From Azolla caroliniana (Eukaryota > Plantae > Polypodiophyta): a stretch of DNA of 64,000 bases. The notes below the pieces were generated by a model. It saw only the letters and a program-made list of their open reading frames with translations. It was not told where the DNA came from and made no database searches. The stretch is taken from contig JBHGNT010000020.1 in the NCBI GenBank assembly GCA_043228905.1, positions 5,828,001 through 5,892,000 on the forward strand, given 5' to 3'. How positions within the stretch are numbered: position 1 is the first letter of the stretch; each line of letters starts with the position of its first letter. Positions 12,700 through 25,076 of this stretch are shown piece by piece. Position numbers and translations under genes: made by a program.

Positions 12700-15600
12700 T
12701 CCCCCATGTTCAACGCCATTATTTGTGCACGTACATTTAAGCTTGCATTAGGTAGAGGGAATTCTGTTTTAGATAGCTTGCTATGATTAGGGAATCTTTG
12801 GTGAGTTTCCATCTTCCTTCACCAAAGTAGTTTTCATATCCCTCGTCATGAAGCTTACCGGTAGAGATGATATTCAACGGAATATCTAGTATATGCCTTA
12901 CATCCCTCAATATGAGTTTACTACCCGTATTGGAGACTAAGACTACATCCCCTATGCCAACAACAACCTTTGTCATACCGTGGTTAGCCATTTTGACTTT
13001 ACCAAAGTCACCACCGGTATATGACTCAAACATTTCCCAATACGAAGTGATGTGATACGAGGCTCACGAGTCAATGACCCAATCAGTTTGTTGACATGCT
13101 AAACTATCACAAGAATCTTCACAGACAATAATAACATCGCGGCCATCACATGTGGCAGTTATAGGGTCATTTTTCTTGTCGTTATTGGTTCCATTCTTTT
13201 GGTCCCTCTTCTTCTTCCTACAGTCTCTTTCGTAGTGATTTGGACCACCACAATAACAACAAGAGAAATCTTTCTTGAATTCTTTCCTGCTTCTAGATTT
13301 TGACCTCCCCTCAACATTATTTCTATGATCTTGTGGACCCCAAGTATGACTTCTTCCTCTATTGGGGTTGTTTTCTATGACCAAGGCCTCATGCTAATTG
13401 TTGGACGGACACTCCATTCGTCGTTCTTCTTCATGTAGAAGACTTGACTTAAGCATGTCCAATGTTAGCTCCCTTTGTTGTGTTGCAGTCCAAAGCATCA
13501 CAACAAGGGTTTCCCAACTATTTGGGAGAGAACCTAACAATAACAAAGTCAACACCTCATTTGCTAGAGGTATTTCTAACGAGATTTTTTGACTTATAAG
13601 TCCTTGAAACGTGTTTAGATGCTTTGACATACTAGAGCCATCTTACAAGTTTCCTAAACACGGAGACTCTATTTAAGGCCTTTTTGGTTTGAAACATAGT
13701 TTCGATTTTCCCCCATAACTCGTGTGCTTTGGTTTCATCAACGAAATTGTTATATAGACTCATGTCTATAAAACAACATATGTATGATGTTCTTTTTAGA
13801 TGCATTGCTTCCCAAGTTAATGCATCTATGTTCTTGGGTTTTCTCATACCATGTCGTACGGGCAACCACATGTCTTTACATACCAACATGTCCCTCATTT
13901 TGGACTTCCAAATGGGTTAGTTGGATCCCGTTAGTTTAATCATCCTGCCTAATGATTCATCCATATTCCAAGTCATTGCGGAGGGTATCAACCTCTGCTC
14001 TCATACCACTTGTTGGGAATATGAGACTGAATCAGGATGATTTAAACTTCAAACACAATTAACACTTGATGAAACCACAAGAGGAAAATGATAGTACACC
14101 AAAATTTTTAACGTGGAAAACCCAAAGTAGGGAAAAACCACGGGAACCGTAGGTTCCAAACAACTTCACTATAATTTTGAGTACAATGGAATACGACCTC
14201 ACTAGAGGAGTGTATCTACGTCAAGGCAATGGCCTTGGTTACAACCTTCACCCAATCAGCTGGATAGAATAACAAAGATTAAAAACTGAGTACGACCTCT
14301 CTAGGATTTGACTAGAGGAACATACAAACCTCAAGGCAACAACCTTGGCTACACAATAGCGAATACAACTGAGTACGGACTCTCTAGGTTTTGACTAGAG
14401 AGAATGTACTAGCCTCAAGGCAACAACCTTGGCTACAATCTTCACCCGGTCAGGTGGATACAACAATGATAAGCACAAGACATGTGCTAGCCTCAAGGCA
14501 ATAGCCTTGGCTACACTCTTCACCTGATTGGGTGGATACAACAACAATAAGCACAAGAAATGTGGTAGTCTCTCTAGGTTTTTTTCTAGAGGAAATATAT
14601 TAGCTTCAAGGCAACAAGCTTGGCTACGATCCTCACCCAACTGGGTGGATGGAAAAACTAGCAAAATAGGGAACAAGAAAACAACATGAAAAGAAGTAAC
14701 CTGATGCGAGTAGACAAGAGAGGTGTTGCACAGTCGTGGTTCTCTGTCAGCCCGACCAACTCCTCACAGGTCTCTGTCTCCTCCACTTCCGTAGAATGCT
14801 CTTCCTCTCGTTCTCACTCTTTCGTTCTCTGTTTTCTACTCTATTTTCTATTTTTCTCTCTATTTTCTGTTTTTTCTCTGTTGTTCTCCAGATAATCAGA
14901 CCGCGCTCTGTTTCCCCCTTCTCCTTTTTATGTTTTTCTCCTTGTTGTCCAATGTCTATGTACCTGTGTTCACACACACACACACAAAAAACACACACCA
15001 AAAAACATACAAAAGAAAAAAGGGTATACAGACACATATATATTTATATATAAATATAGTCATACATAATTATAACTTTTCCCCTTTTTGGCCCTGAGCC
15101 AATTCAGCGCCCAATCGACTCCCAATCGGTTGTATGCTCAGTCGACTGCTGACACATAGCCGATTCTCAATCATCCCTTTTGGTCTATGTTGTGGGCTCC
15201 ACTTGAGTGGATATGCCCAACAATTGTTTCATCGGCAGATCCCATAGAAGGATCTAATAGGCCAGTTCTATACGGCCTATCAGGAGCCACATGAAACGGT
15301 GTCACAATTTGTGATCTGATTTCAAAACTTACAACTTCAGATTTCGTGGCCTATTCCAAAAGAGGAATTGAAGGATATCTTCCTAGAGGCTTTACGTGAA
15401 CCTCTTCGAACAACTCTAACGATGTTCGATTCCCGGAATCAATCACTGGAGCAAGTGGTAGATAAAGCTTTGGCAATGGATCGAATGCACAATAATAACA
15501 CTATGAACCTGTCAATGTTACACCGGAATTTACCTACATTAGAAGAGCTCAGATTCAGGCAAGTTGTTTACTGTACCACTTGCCTCAACACAGGGCATTC

Positions 15601-18600
15601 GACAATAGAATGCAGTTTACACACTCATTGTACGATTTGCCATTCCAAAGTTTATTCAGTCAAGCAATGTGAGTATAATCAACTCAATAAAACAACTGCA
15701 CCGGTTCGGGAAATACATCCTGAAAATAATTATCAGGAAAATAGAAATCAGTTGCATGATGACGATCAATCAAGATATGATGATCGGTATCAGTCGGAGC
15801 GGCGAGTTGATTATCAGCGTGAAGATTACCATAAAGATGATAACTAGCAGAATGATAGCCATCAAGATGATAATCGGAGAGACGATTATCGATGTAATGA
15901 CAATCGCCTTAATGACCGATATGATGAGGATGACTACCAACAGGATAGTCGAAATAATTATGATCGAGACTATTCAACCCAACGTGATAACAATAACCGA
16001 CAACCCTACAGGGAAAGTTGTTATTAGGACGATAGAAGGTCCAATAACTTTAGAAGAAATGATGATAATTGACCACCAAAACGTCGACTTAATGACAACC
16101 GAAAGCCGAAAGGGTCTCGGCAATTTCAACATGATTCCAAAGATAGGGATAATTATGAATCTCAAGATGCTCGTCGACCTCAATATGAACCCGAAGAATA
16201 TAGTGGATCATCAATTCCAAATTGCTACATATGCAAAAAAGATGGGAAGTATGCAAATCAATGCCTGGCGAAAGATAAAGGAAAGGCACCAACGGTAAAT
16301 ATGGTGGTACGGGAAATACAACAAGTAACCACTCGTAATAAAGGAAAACAATAAGAGTGGGAGGTGCAGGAAGCAGTACGGAAAGCAGCTAAGGAATGGG
16401 TCGAAGAAGCCAACAACAATAATGTCGCCAAAATGTTGCAAGACAATGATCCATCATTCGACGCTCAACCAGGCGGATAGTTGGCACCCAAAATGACACC
16501 GGAAGATGAAGAAACATGAATAATCTTGGCAGATTGCCAAGTGTCATTACCCTTGGCAGGATTATTAAAATTAGCACCTAGATTCACGAAGAAGGTCGCT
16601 ACAATTATTGTGTAGAATGGGGCTGAAAAAGTGTTGGTTAATTACAGCAATCCGATCACCGGACCGACATTAATGGATGAACAGAGTCCATCAGTAAAAG
16701 TAGTGATTTGGGGCCAGGAAGTCACCAACACTATTGTCGAAAGCGGATCAGGGGTAAATTTGATTAATAAGATCGCATTTGATTGGCTCGGAATTACCAA
16801 ATAGGACGCATGTCCTTTCTGGTTAAGAATGGGTGACACAAGTATAGTCTGGCCATTGGGTCTAATTCGCCAATTTGATGTCATTGTTGGAGGTCACACT
16901 TTTCAGATATCGGTAGTAGCGGTTCATTTGGATGCACCCGGTGCATATCCATTATTATTAGGCCAACCTTGACTAAAGACAACAAATATTTAAACAAAAT
17001 TGGAACAAGAACATCATAACATTCTAGAAGGGTAAGAGTAAAATTTGGGTGTCAACACAAGAAAAGGTCAATACGACTTGTCAGTGTTACCAATTCATCC
17101 TGAAGCAATAAACATGATGGAAGGATTGGATGAGGCCGAAGAAGATCAATATTTTGAAGACAATCCAAAGATCATTCCACTTTTCGAAGTCGACATCAAG
17201 TAGACACTTACACCATATATGGGTGAGGAAGATAAAGAAGAAGAAATTATTGTTGATGAAAAAACATTGAAGGAGTTACGACTTCAACAGGAAGCTATAG
17301 AAAGGGAGATGCAAGTGTCCCAAAGAGTTCAGGCATCGACACTCGAAGAATTAAACTCCAACGCCGAGCCAAAGACCATTTTGATATCAAAAGAAATGGC
17401 GTTGACTGATAAAGCTAAGATGATTGATTTACTGTGTTAATATAAAGATGTGTTTGCTTGGTCATTTGAAGATATGAAGGGATTAGATCCGGCCTTCTAT
17501 CAGCATTAGATAAATTTGCATAAAGATGTGAAGCCTGTACAACAACGTTGGTACTGATTAAATACCAATCATGCCGTGAAGAAGGCAACTTGGTTAAGTC
17601 CAATCGTAGTCATACCCAAGAAGAATGGAAAGATCAGGGTATGTGTCAACTATAGAAAGCTTAATGCAGGTATGGTAACAAATGCATTTCCGTTACCCTT
17701 TATGGATGGAGTTTTGGATGCGATGGCAGGACATGAAATTTACAACTTTCTAGACGGATTTAGTGGCTATAATCAGGTCTGAATGCACCCAAAGGATGAG
17801 GAAAAAATACCATTTGTAACTGAATGGGGAGTATTTGTCGCAATCGTAATGATGATTGGCTTTAAAACGGCCCGAACGACAATTCAGAGGGTCATTCAAG
17901 AAATTTTCGCGGATTATATACATGCATTTATGCATGTATGCTATGTATAGTAAAAAAGCTGATCATTTCGAGCATTTACGTCTATGTCTAGAACGATGTC
18001 GACAAGGCCTACTTAGTCTCAATCCTGCTAAATGTGCATTTAGAGTAATGAGTGGTACGTTACTCAGGAGTAAGCAAGGAAGAGGGGTTCGATCGTGCAA
18101 GGCACTGTCCTACGAGCGTGCCGTGTTAGCCGATCAACTACAAGGTCGGAATGTCGGAAACGGAGAGGTGTGAAAGGGTCGGAGTCGACAATGTTCAGAA
18201 GTACGAAGGAGTTGGAGTTGGAGGCGGATTGATGAGTTTGGAGTACTTATTTTGCCAAGTAGGATAAAACTATTTTTGAATTAGTTAGAACAGTTTTGTA
18301 ATAGTTATTGCCGAATAAGGGCAAGTGTAATCTTGGAAAGAGACTCTTGGATTACCTATAAAAAGGGACCGAGAGTATTGTAAGTCTATCGTTCTAATTT
18401 GGAATTATATAAGCTAATAGTTAGAGTATTTATGTGTGGACAGTCTCTCTATTCATTGTTATTCTCAGTGTCGATTTCTGATTTGCTATGCTACTATGTA
18501 ATTATATTAAGACCAAGTAGTCAATCAGGGTTACTCAAAGCACAAGTTCTAATTATCAACTAGTACATCTATTCATCCTCCTACCATGACCAACTTGATA

Positions 18601-18671
18601 GAACGTTTAGATGTGAACGGTCAACCTATTGTGTCGGCTAGATACAGTAACTGATTGTCGGCCGAACAACA

Positions 18672-20377
18672 CCAACCAAGATACATTTCTCCGACTTGCG
18701 ATCCAGTTTCTTCCACTTCTCATCTGGTACATGCACATATGCAATGCTACCGAATACCCTAAGGTGCTTTAAGCTCAGCTTTCGCCCGAAATATAGCTCA
18801 TGAGACGACACCTTCTCTTCAGTTGTCGAAATATGATTCTGGATATATAATATTGTCTGAACCACTTTGGCCCATAAACTTGGGCATGCTCTTCTCCTCC
18901 AGCATTGCCCATGCCGCTTCCACAACCGATCGGTTCTTCCTTTCGGCTACGTCGTTCTGCTCCGGCGTATATCTATAACTGAATTCACGTTGAATTCCCA
19001 TCTACTATAGATAACAGTTGAATTGGCCGAAAAAGTATTCCTTTCCACCATCCGACCACAGACACTTGATTTTCCGGTCTATTTCCCTTTCGACAAGATT
19101 TTTCAAGTTCCGAAAACATGAGAAGGCCTTGCTCTTCTTCTCTATCAGGTAAATCCATGTGTGATGGCTATAGTCAACACACATCAACTCCCACCTAAGC
19201 TCACATTCTGTGTCAATCCCCATACATCCGAATGTATCAAGTCGAGTTTGTTGCGGTTCCGATTACACTCATTGGGGAATGGAAGTCAGTGTTGCTCCCC
19301 TAGCTAGCAGGCTTCACAAACTTGGGCCTTTCGGCCACTGAACTTCAGCAAACTGAACACGACTTGTTTCATTTGCAACTCCTGAAGCCTTTGGTAGTTG
19401 ACATGGCCGATTTGCTTACGCCATGAGTCGATATCTGAATCAACCTTTTGTCCTTTGGAAAACATTGTAGTGCCAACGTCATTTGTGTCGAGGATAAACG
19501 TCCTCCCTTCCCAGCACCCTTGCGCAATGATTTGGACTTCTTCTTCGATGAAGCATCCAAGGTGTGTGAACTGGACCTACATCCCTTGGTCAACAATCTG
19601 TCTGACTGACACCAAGTTCTTTGTGATTGTCGGGATGTGTTGAATGTTCATCAGTCTCCCCTTCTATCCAACATGGCTCAAGCGAACATCACCGACATGC
19701 TTGATGGGGGTGCGAGGTGTCGTCACCAGTTTCGACTACTCCTGGTTGTTCCAGTTTCCCCAAATATGAGAACCAATCCTCGTGGCTCATCATGTGGTTT
19801 GATGCTATGACATACCACACCTCATTCGGTCTTGAGGTGCTTGTCTTCATCAAGTTGGCTTTGTGCTTCATCACAAAGGCAGGGCCCTTTCCAGCTCCTT
19901 TCGAGGTTTTATTTAGCGTAGTGCGATCGCTGTCGATTTCCTTGTTTAGCTATGCTCAATCTAGATTTATCCAAATCAGACTTCTTCTTTTGGAGTTTCA
20001 GACCCTACCATGACTCCCCTTGCTTCTGGAGGGTCCGAAACTGTTGTCAACATGTCGATTATGCCTCTGGTTCTGCTCTTGTCGACCTCCACCATTGCGT
20101 GCCAATCCATCTCGTTCTCCACAACCACAGGGCCGATCCAACTCCGTGTACAACATCTAGTTGTCTGATTGTGTGCTCCTTGACACACCAACGTGGTTCT
20201 CTTCGACTATAAGCATTGACTACAGGTCGAAAAGCGACGATGGCTTCTCCCTTGTGTAGATAGTTTTCCGGATCAGCCCGTATCTTTAAGCTAGACCACC
20301 GAGGAAAATCCATACCATTTCGTCCTTGTCCACCGTCACATTGATGAACCCCAAGGCATCGTAGATTTCCTTGGTTT
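18672..20377 (-). pseudogene. Copia integrase-protease-gag remnant (probably the 5' part of Copia-A); gag continues at 31510-31826
   Basis: Motifs KCILVG, YTPEQNDVAERKN and ASNHM are homologous to Copia-C/D. Gag is continuous across the Copia-E TSD. Confidence 0.8.
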
Positions 20378-20647
20378 TGATAGGAACAGATCGCTCCTTA
20401 TGCGCAGCACTCGGCCACAACCGAGCTTGGAATGATACACAGAAAAACGGGAAATAAAACACGACACGAAGAAGGGAAGAGTGCGCGAGATGTTTACGTG
20501 GAAAACCCCAAACTAGGGGAAAAACCACGGCAACTCACAGGCTACAAACTATCACTAGGTTAGTATGTACAACGGTGAGTTCACGGAGGCAACGACCTCG
20601 TGCTCACGATCTTCGCCACAGGCGGCGGTTACAACAGAGGCAACGAC

Positions 20648-20692
<45 letters not shown>

Positions 20693-21198
20693 CAGTTACA
20701 CACACTCTCTATTCTTGCACCAACAAGAATGACAACAACTACTACTAAAAGTTTGCCCTAAGTCATATTTATACTAATATGACTTCTCGGCTATTTACAA
20801 ATGTAGCCTCGATGGGCTCTCAGAAACATATTTACGAATATGTCTCTTCCTCCGGTTCGCACCGGGTCTGCGTCATCCGGCTCTCCGTAGCCGGGTGCTC
20901 CTCATCCGGTTCTCACCGGGCCTGCACCATCCGGCTCTCCGTAGCCGGGTACTCCTCATCCGGTTCACACCGGGTCTGCGTCATCCGGCTCTCCGTAGCC
21001 GGGTGCTCCTCATCCGGTTCTCACCGGGCCTGCACCATCCGGCTCTCCGTAGCCGGGTACTCCTCATCCAGGTTTCGGCCTCGGCCGAGATTGTTCGTCG
21101 GCACTGTTCTTCTCCCTTCCTATCCGGAGGGACCTGTCTCCGAACAAACTCCCCCTTCACTCCGGCATGGGGTGTCTGATCAGTCCGATCCGCTTCCG

Positions 21199-24100
21199 TC
21201 ATGCATCCAGCTTGTCAGGTATCAGAACTTTGGTCAGCATATCTGACCCAATCTCGGCCGTGTGGATCTTCGTCAACGCGAACTCCTGGTCATCTACTCT
21301 TTCCCGGATCCAGTGATACCTCCGCTGGATATGCTTCGTCCGAGAATGGTAGACCGCATTCTTAGCAAGGTGGATGGCACTTTGACTGTCGCAATAGAGT
21401 CGGTATTCCTCCTTCCGAATACCGAGCTCTTCGATGAAGTCCTTCATCCATAATATTTCCTTGCCGGCTTCCACAGCCGCCATATACTCCGCCTCTGTGG
21501 TTGACAATGCAACCGTCTTCTGCAACCTCGACTACCACGAAACAGCTCCCCTTGCATATGTCATTTCATACCCGGATGTAGACCGGCTGGTATCCACATC
21601 AGCCGACATGTCCGAATCGGTGAAACCGTCCAATTGAGGTTTTCCGGAGCCGAATCGGAGACACATATTTGAAGTGCCCTTCAAATACCGGAGTATCCAT
21701 TTGACCGCGTTCCAGTGCTCCTTGCCGGGATTGCTCATGAACCGGATCACCACTCCGACTGTGTATCCTATGTCCGGTCGGGTACAAACCATTGCGTACA
21801 TCAAGCTCCCGACGGCAGAGGCATATGGAATCTTCATCATATCCGCCTTCTCTGCTTTCGTCTTAGGGCTTTGCTTACCGGATAGCCTGCAGTTTGCCAG
21901 AAGTGTCGATTCGACTGGTTTCGCTTCTGACATGTTGAACCAGTGAAGCACCTTTATCACGTACTTCTCCTGTGACAACCATAATTGCTTCTTTGACCGG
22001 TCCCGAATGATGTGCATCCCCAGCATCTGTCTTGCCGGACCCAAGTCTTTCATTGAGAAGGTCCGGTTGAGAGCCTTCTTCAACATCCGTATTTTGACTT
22101 GGTCACGTTCGACGATCAACATGTCATCTACGTACAGAAGGAGTATCAGGAAGTCTCTTGCTTCGAACTTCTTCACAAACACGCAGTGATCGGCCTGCGT
22201 CTTGTGGTACCCTTGATCGGTCATGAAGGAGTCGAACTTCCGGTACCATTGTCGGGGAGCCTGCTTCAGTCCGTACAGGCTCTTCTTCAACCGGCATACC
22301 AGGTGCTCCTTCCCTTTCTCCACGAAACCTTCTGGTTGCTGCATGTAGATCTCCTCTTCGAGGTCGCCGTGAAGGAATGCCGTCTTCACGTCCAGCTGCT
22401 CTACCTCGAGGTCCATGCTTGCTGCTATACTCAGCACCGTCCGGATGGAGGTCATCTTTACTACCGGGGCAAATATCTCGTCGAAGTCCATGCCCTTCTT
22501 CTGCTGGAACCCCTTCACCACGATCCTGGCTTTGTATCTTGGGGGGTTGCCGGCATCTCCCGGTTTCAACTTGTACATCCACTTGTTTCGGAGTGCCCGC
22601 TTTCCTTTCGGCAATCCACCAATTCATACGTATGGTTCTCATGCAGGGAATCCATCTCATCCTGCATGGCACTTAACCATTTTCGGCTGTGGGTGTCTTC
22701 CTTCGCTTCTTCGAAGCTTTCCGGCTCCCCCTCATCGGTCAGCAGAACATGATCTGCATCCGGAAATCTCCGGGGGGCCCTTCTCTCTCTGAGAGGATAT
22801 CTCCGTCTCTGGGCTTCGGTGACCGGCTCATCCATCTGCTCTTCATCCGAATCCGATTCGGGGTCCTGGCCGGTTCCGGTTTCAGCTTCCTCTACTTCTT
22901 CTTCAGCCTGATCGGTATTCTCACCGTAACCGACTGGTTCCTCGAGTGCTGACCGGTCTCTTGCCGGTTGGGTCTGCTCATCGTAGAGTCTATCCTTACT
23001 GGTCGACTCGGAGTTCATTATCTTCTTCTCCGACTCCCAATCGGCAAGCGTCTTGTCCTCCATGAAGATAATATCTCGACTCCGGAATACCTTCTTGTCG
23101 ACTGGGTCCCACACTCGGTAGCCGAACTCATCGTCACCGTAACCGAGGAATATGCATGGCCGGGTCTTTGGATCTAACTTTCCTCTCCGGTCCTTTGCTA
23201 CATGCACGTACACGAGACACCCAAACACCTTCAGATGCCGGTAGGACACTTCCTTACCGGTCCATACTCTCTGTGGCGTGTCTCCGTCCAAGGGTACTGA
23301 GGGTGATCTGTTTATCACGTATGTCGCCGTCGATAATGCCTCAGCCCAAAACTTCTTGGGTAGTTTTGCATGCGCTAGCATACTCCGGACCCTCTCCATT
23401 ATGGTCCGGTTCATTCTCTCGGCCAGTCCGTTTAGTTCCGGCGTCTTCGACACGGTAAATTCGAGCCGGATTCCCTTCGAGCGGCAGTACTCCTTGAACT
23501 ACCCCCGGTATTCACCTCCGTTATCTGCTCGAACCGCCTTCAGCTTCCGGCCAGTTTCTCTTTCTACTCTCGTGTGGAGCTCTTTGAAGACGGATAACAC
23601 CTGATCCTTCGTCTTCAACGGTGTGGCCCACAGCTTCCGGCTGTGGTCATCTATGAACGTCACGAAGTATTGCGCTCCGGCATGTGACTTCGTGTCTACT
23701 TGACACACATCCGTATGCACCAACTCCAGTGGTGCATTACGTCTCATCGGTGGCCTTGGTTGGAAGGAGGTCCGGTTTTGTTTACCGGCCAGACAATCAG
23801 TGCACTTCTCCAAGTGCACGTTCTTCACTGGAATGAGGTTGTCATCTGCAAGCCTCTTCATCCCCTTCTCGCTCATGTGACACAGTCTCTTGTGCCACAG
23901 CTCACCGGCAATGTCGGATGCCACATTCACTTCTTCTGGACATAACCGGGCATTCATCAGGTACAAAGTGTTTACCTTCCGGGCCCGAGCCACAATCAGG
24001 CTCCCTTTGCTGAACTTCATAACACCGTTCCGGATGCTACCCGTGTAGCCTTCATCATCTAGCCGACCGGCTGATATCAGGTTCAGACGAACCTCCGGAA

Positions 24101-24870
24101 CGTGTCGGACATCCTTCAGCAGCAACTTGCATCCGGTTGGTGTTGACAGCCACACGTCTCCTATGCCGACAATTCGGCATGTACCTTCATTCCCCATCCG
24201 GACACAACCGTGGTCACCGGCTGAGTAGGATGAGAAGCATTTTCGGTCCGGGGTAAGGTGGAACGATGCTCCGGAGTCTACCACCCAGGTCATCTCATCG
24301 CCGACAAGGTTTATCTGACTCTCCTCGGTGATGAGCATCAACTCTTCCTCACTTGCCGCGATTGCTGTCGTTCCCTTCCGGTCCGGTCCCCTCCGGTCTT
24401 TACCGTTCCGTTCCGGGGTCTGCTTCGAATTGGTGCCGTCGGTCTCCTTATCTTTTCGGAAATGCCGACAGTTCTTTTGGAAGTGTCCCGGCTTGCCGCA
24501 ATAGAAGCAAGTGGGCCTCCTCCTTGACTTTGACCTTGTCCCTGACTTCTCCCGGTTCTAGGGACTACAGTTTCTCTGTCTTCCGCGTTCCGATTCGGTA
24601 AGGAGCGCTTTGGACTCGGAGCTCGTACCTTTATCTTTCCGACGCACCTCCTCATCTAGCAAGCTCGACTTTACTCTTGCTAGGGATAACCGTTTTCCTT
24701 CCGGCCCGGCGTTGCCCAAAGTGACAACCAACGTCTCCCAGCTATCCGGGAGGGAACCGAGCAGGAGTAGCGCTAGTACCTCATCGGCGAGAGGTACTTC
24801 CAATGACGTTGCCTGGTGTATCAGCCCCTGGAAGGCATTCATGTGCTCCGCCATGCTGGAGCCATCTTGG
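21199..24870 (-). pseudogene. Copia-E gag-pol (N-terminus at 30343-30673)
   Basis: ORFs 24558-24854 (gag), 23499-24341 (PR WVVDSGASFH, INT), 22566-23453 (INT), 21532-22614 (RT YVDD) and 21199-21525 (RH). Confidence 0.93.
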
Positions 24871-25041
24871 TGTCGAATACAAGTGTATAATGGACGTACT
24901 CACACTATCCCTTCGGGCCATTTGTGTAATTAGCATAAATGGTAGTTGCCCTAAGTCGGTCACTATATATAGTGACCTTGTAACCTTCTTGTAAGGTTGG
25001 GTGTTGTATTATTGTTTCTATTGAATAGAAAGTCTTTTGTG

Positions 25042-25076
<35 letters not shown>

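Larger units (their letters stand above)
4562..15222 (-). mobile_element. Copia-B, internally deleted (no RT); LTRs 4562-5718 and 14011-15222; TSD ATTGT
   Basis: Two ~1.2-kb direct repeats with ATTGT at 4557-4561 and 15223-15227. Met-type PBS (TGGTATGAGAGC) beside 14011 and PPT 5719-5735. Gag/CCHC/protease remnants at 12737-13970 and an integrase remnant at ~6060-6510. Confidence 0.93.
4184..18671 (+). mobile_element. Gypsy-1 (Tat/Athila-like non-chromovirus), degenerate: gag split by Copia-B, protease, RT fragment, 3' LTR 18124-18671
   Basis: Gag reads continuously across 4561/15223. CCHC knuckles, protease remnant near 16730, RT motifs WLSPIVVIPKKNG and FLDGFSGYNQ. RT is joined by deletion to the 3' motif and LTR TGTTAG...CAACA. 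The 5' end is missing and the left boundary is approximate. Confidence 0.8.

Noticed and set aside
15669-16298. 209-aa Ile/Met-rich ORF as a membrane protein
   Set aside because: An alternate frame of the GAT/AAT-rich gag low-complexity region.
20650-20690. (CT)n microsatellites as separate features
   Set aside because: They are ordinary components of the LTR R/U5 regions in several families here.
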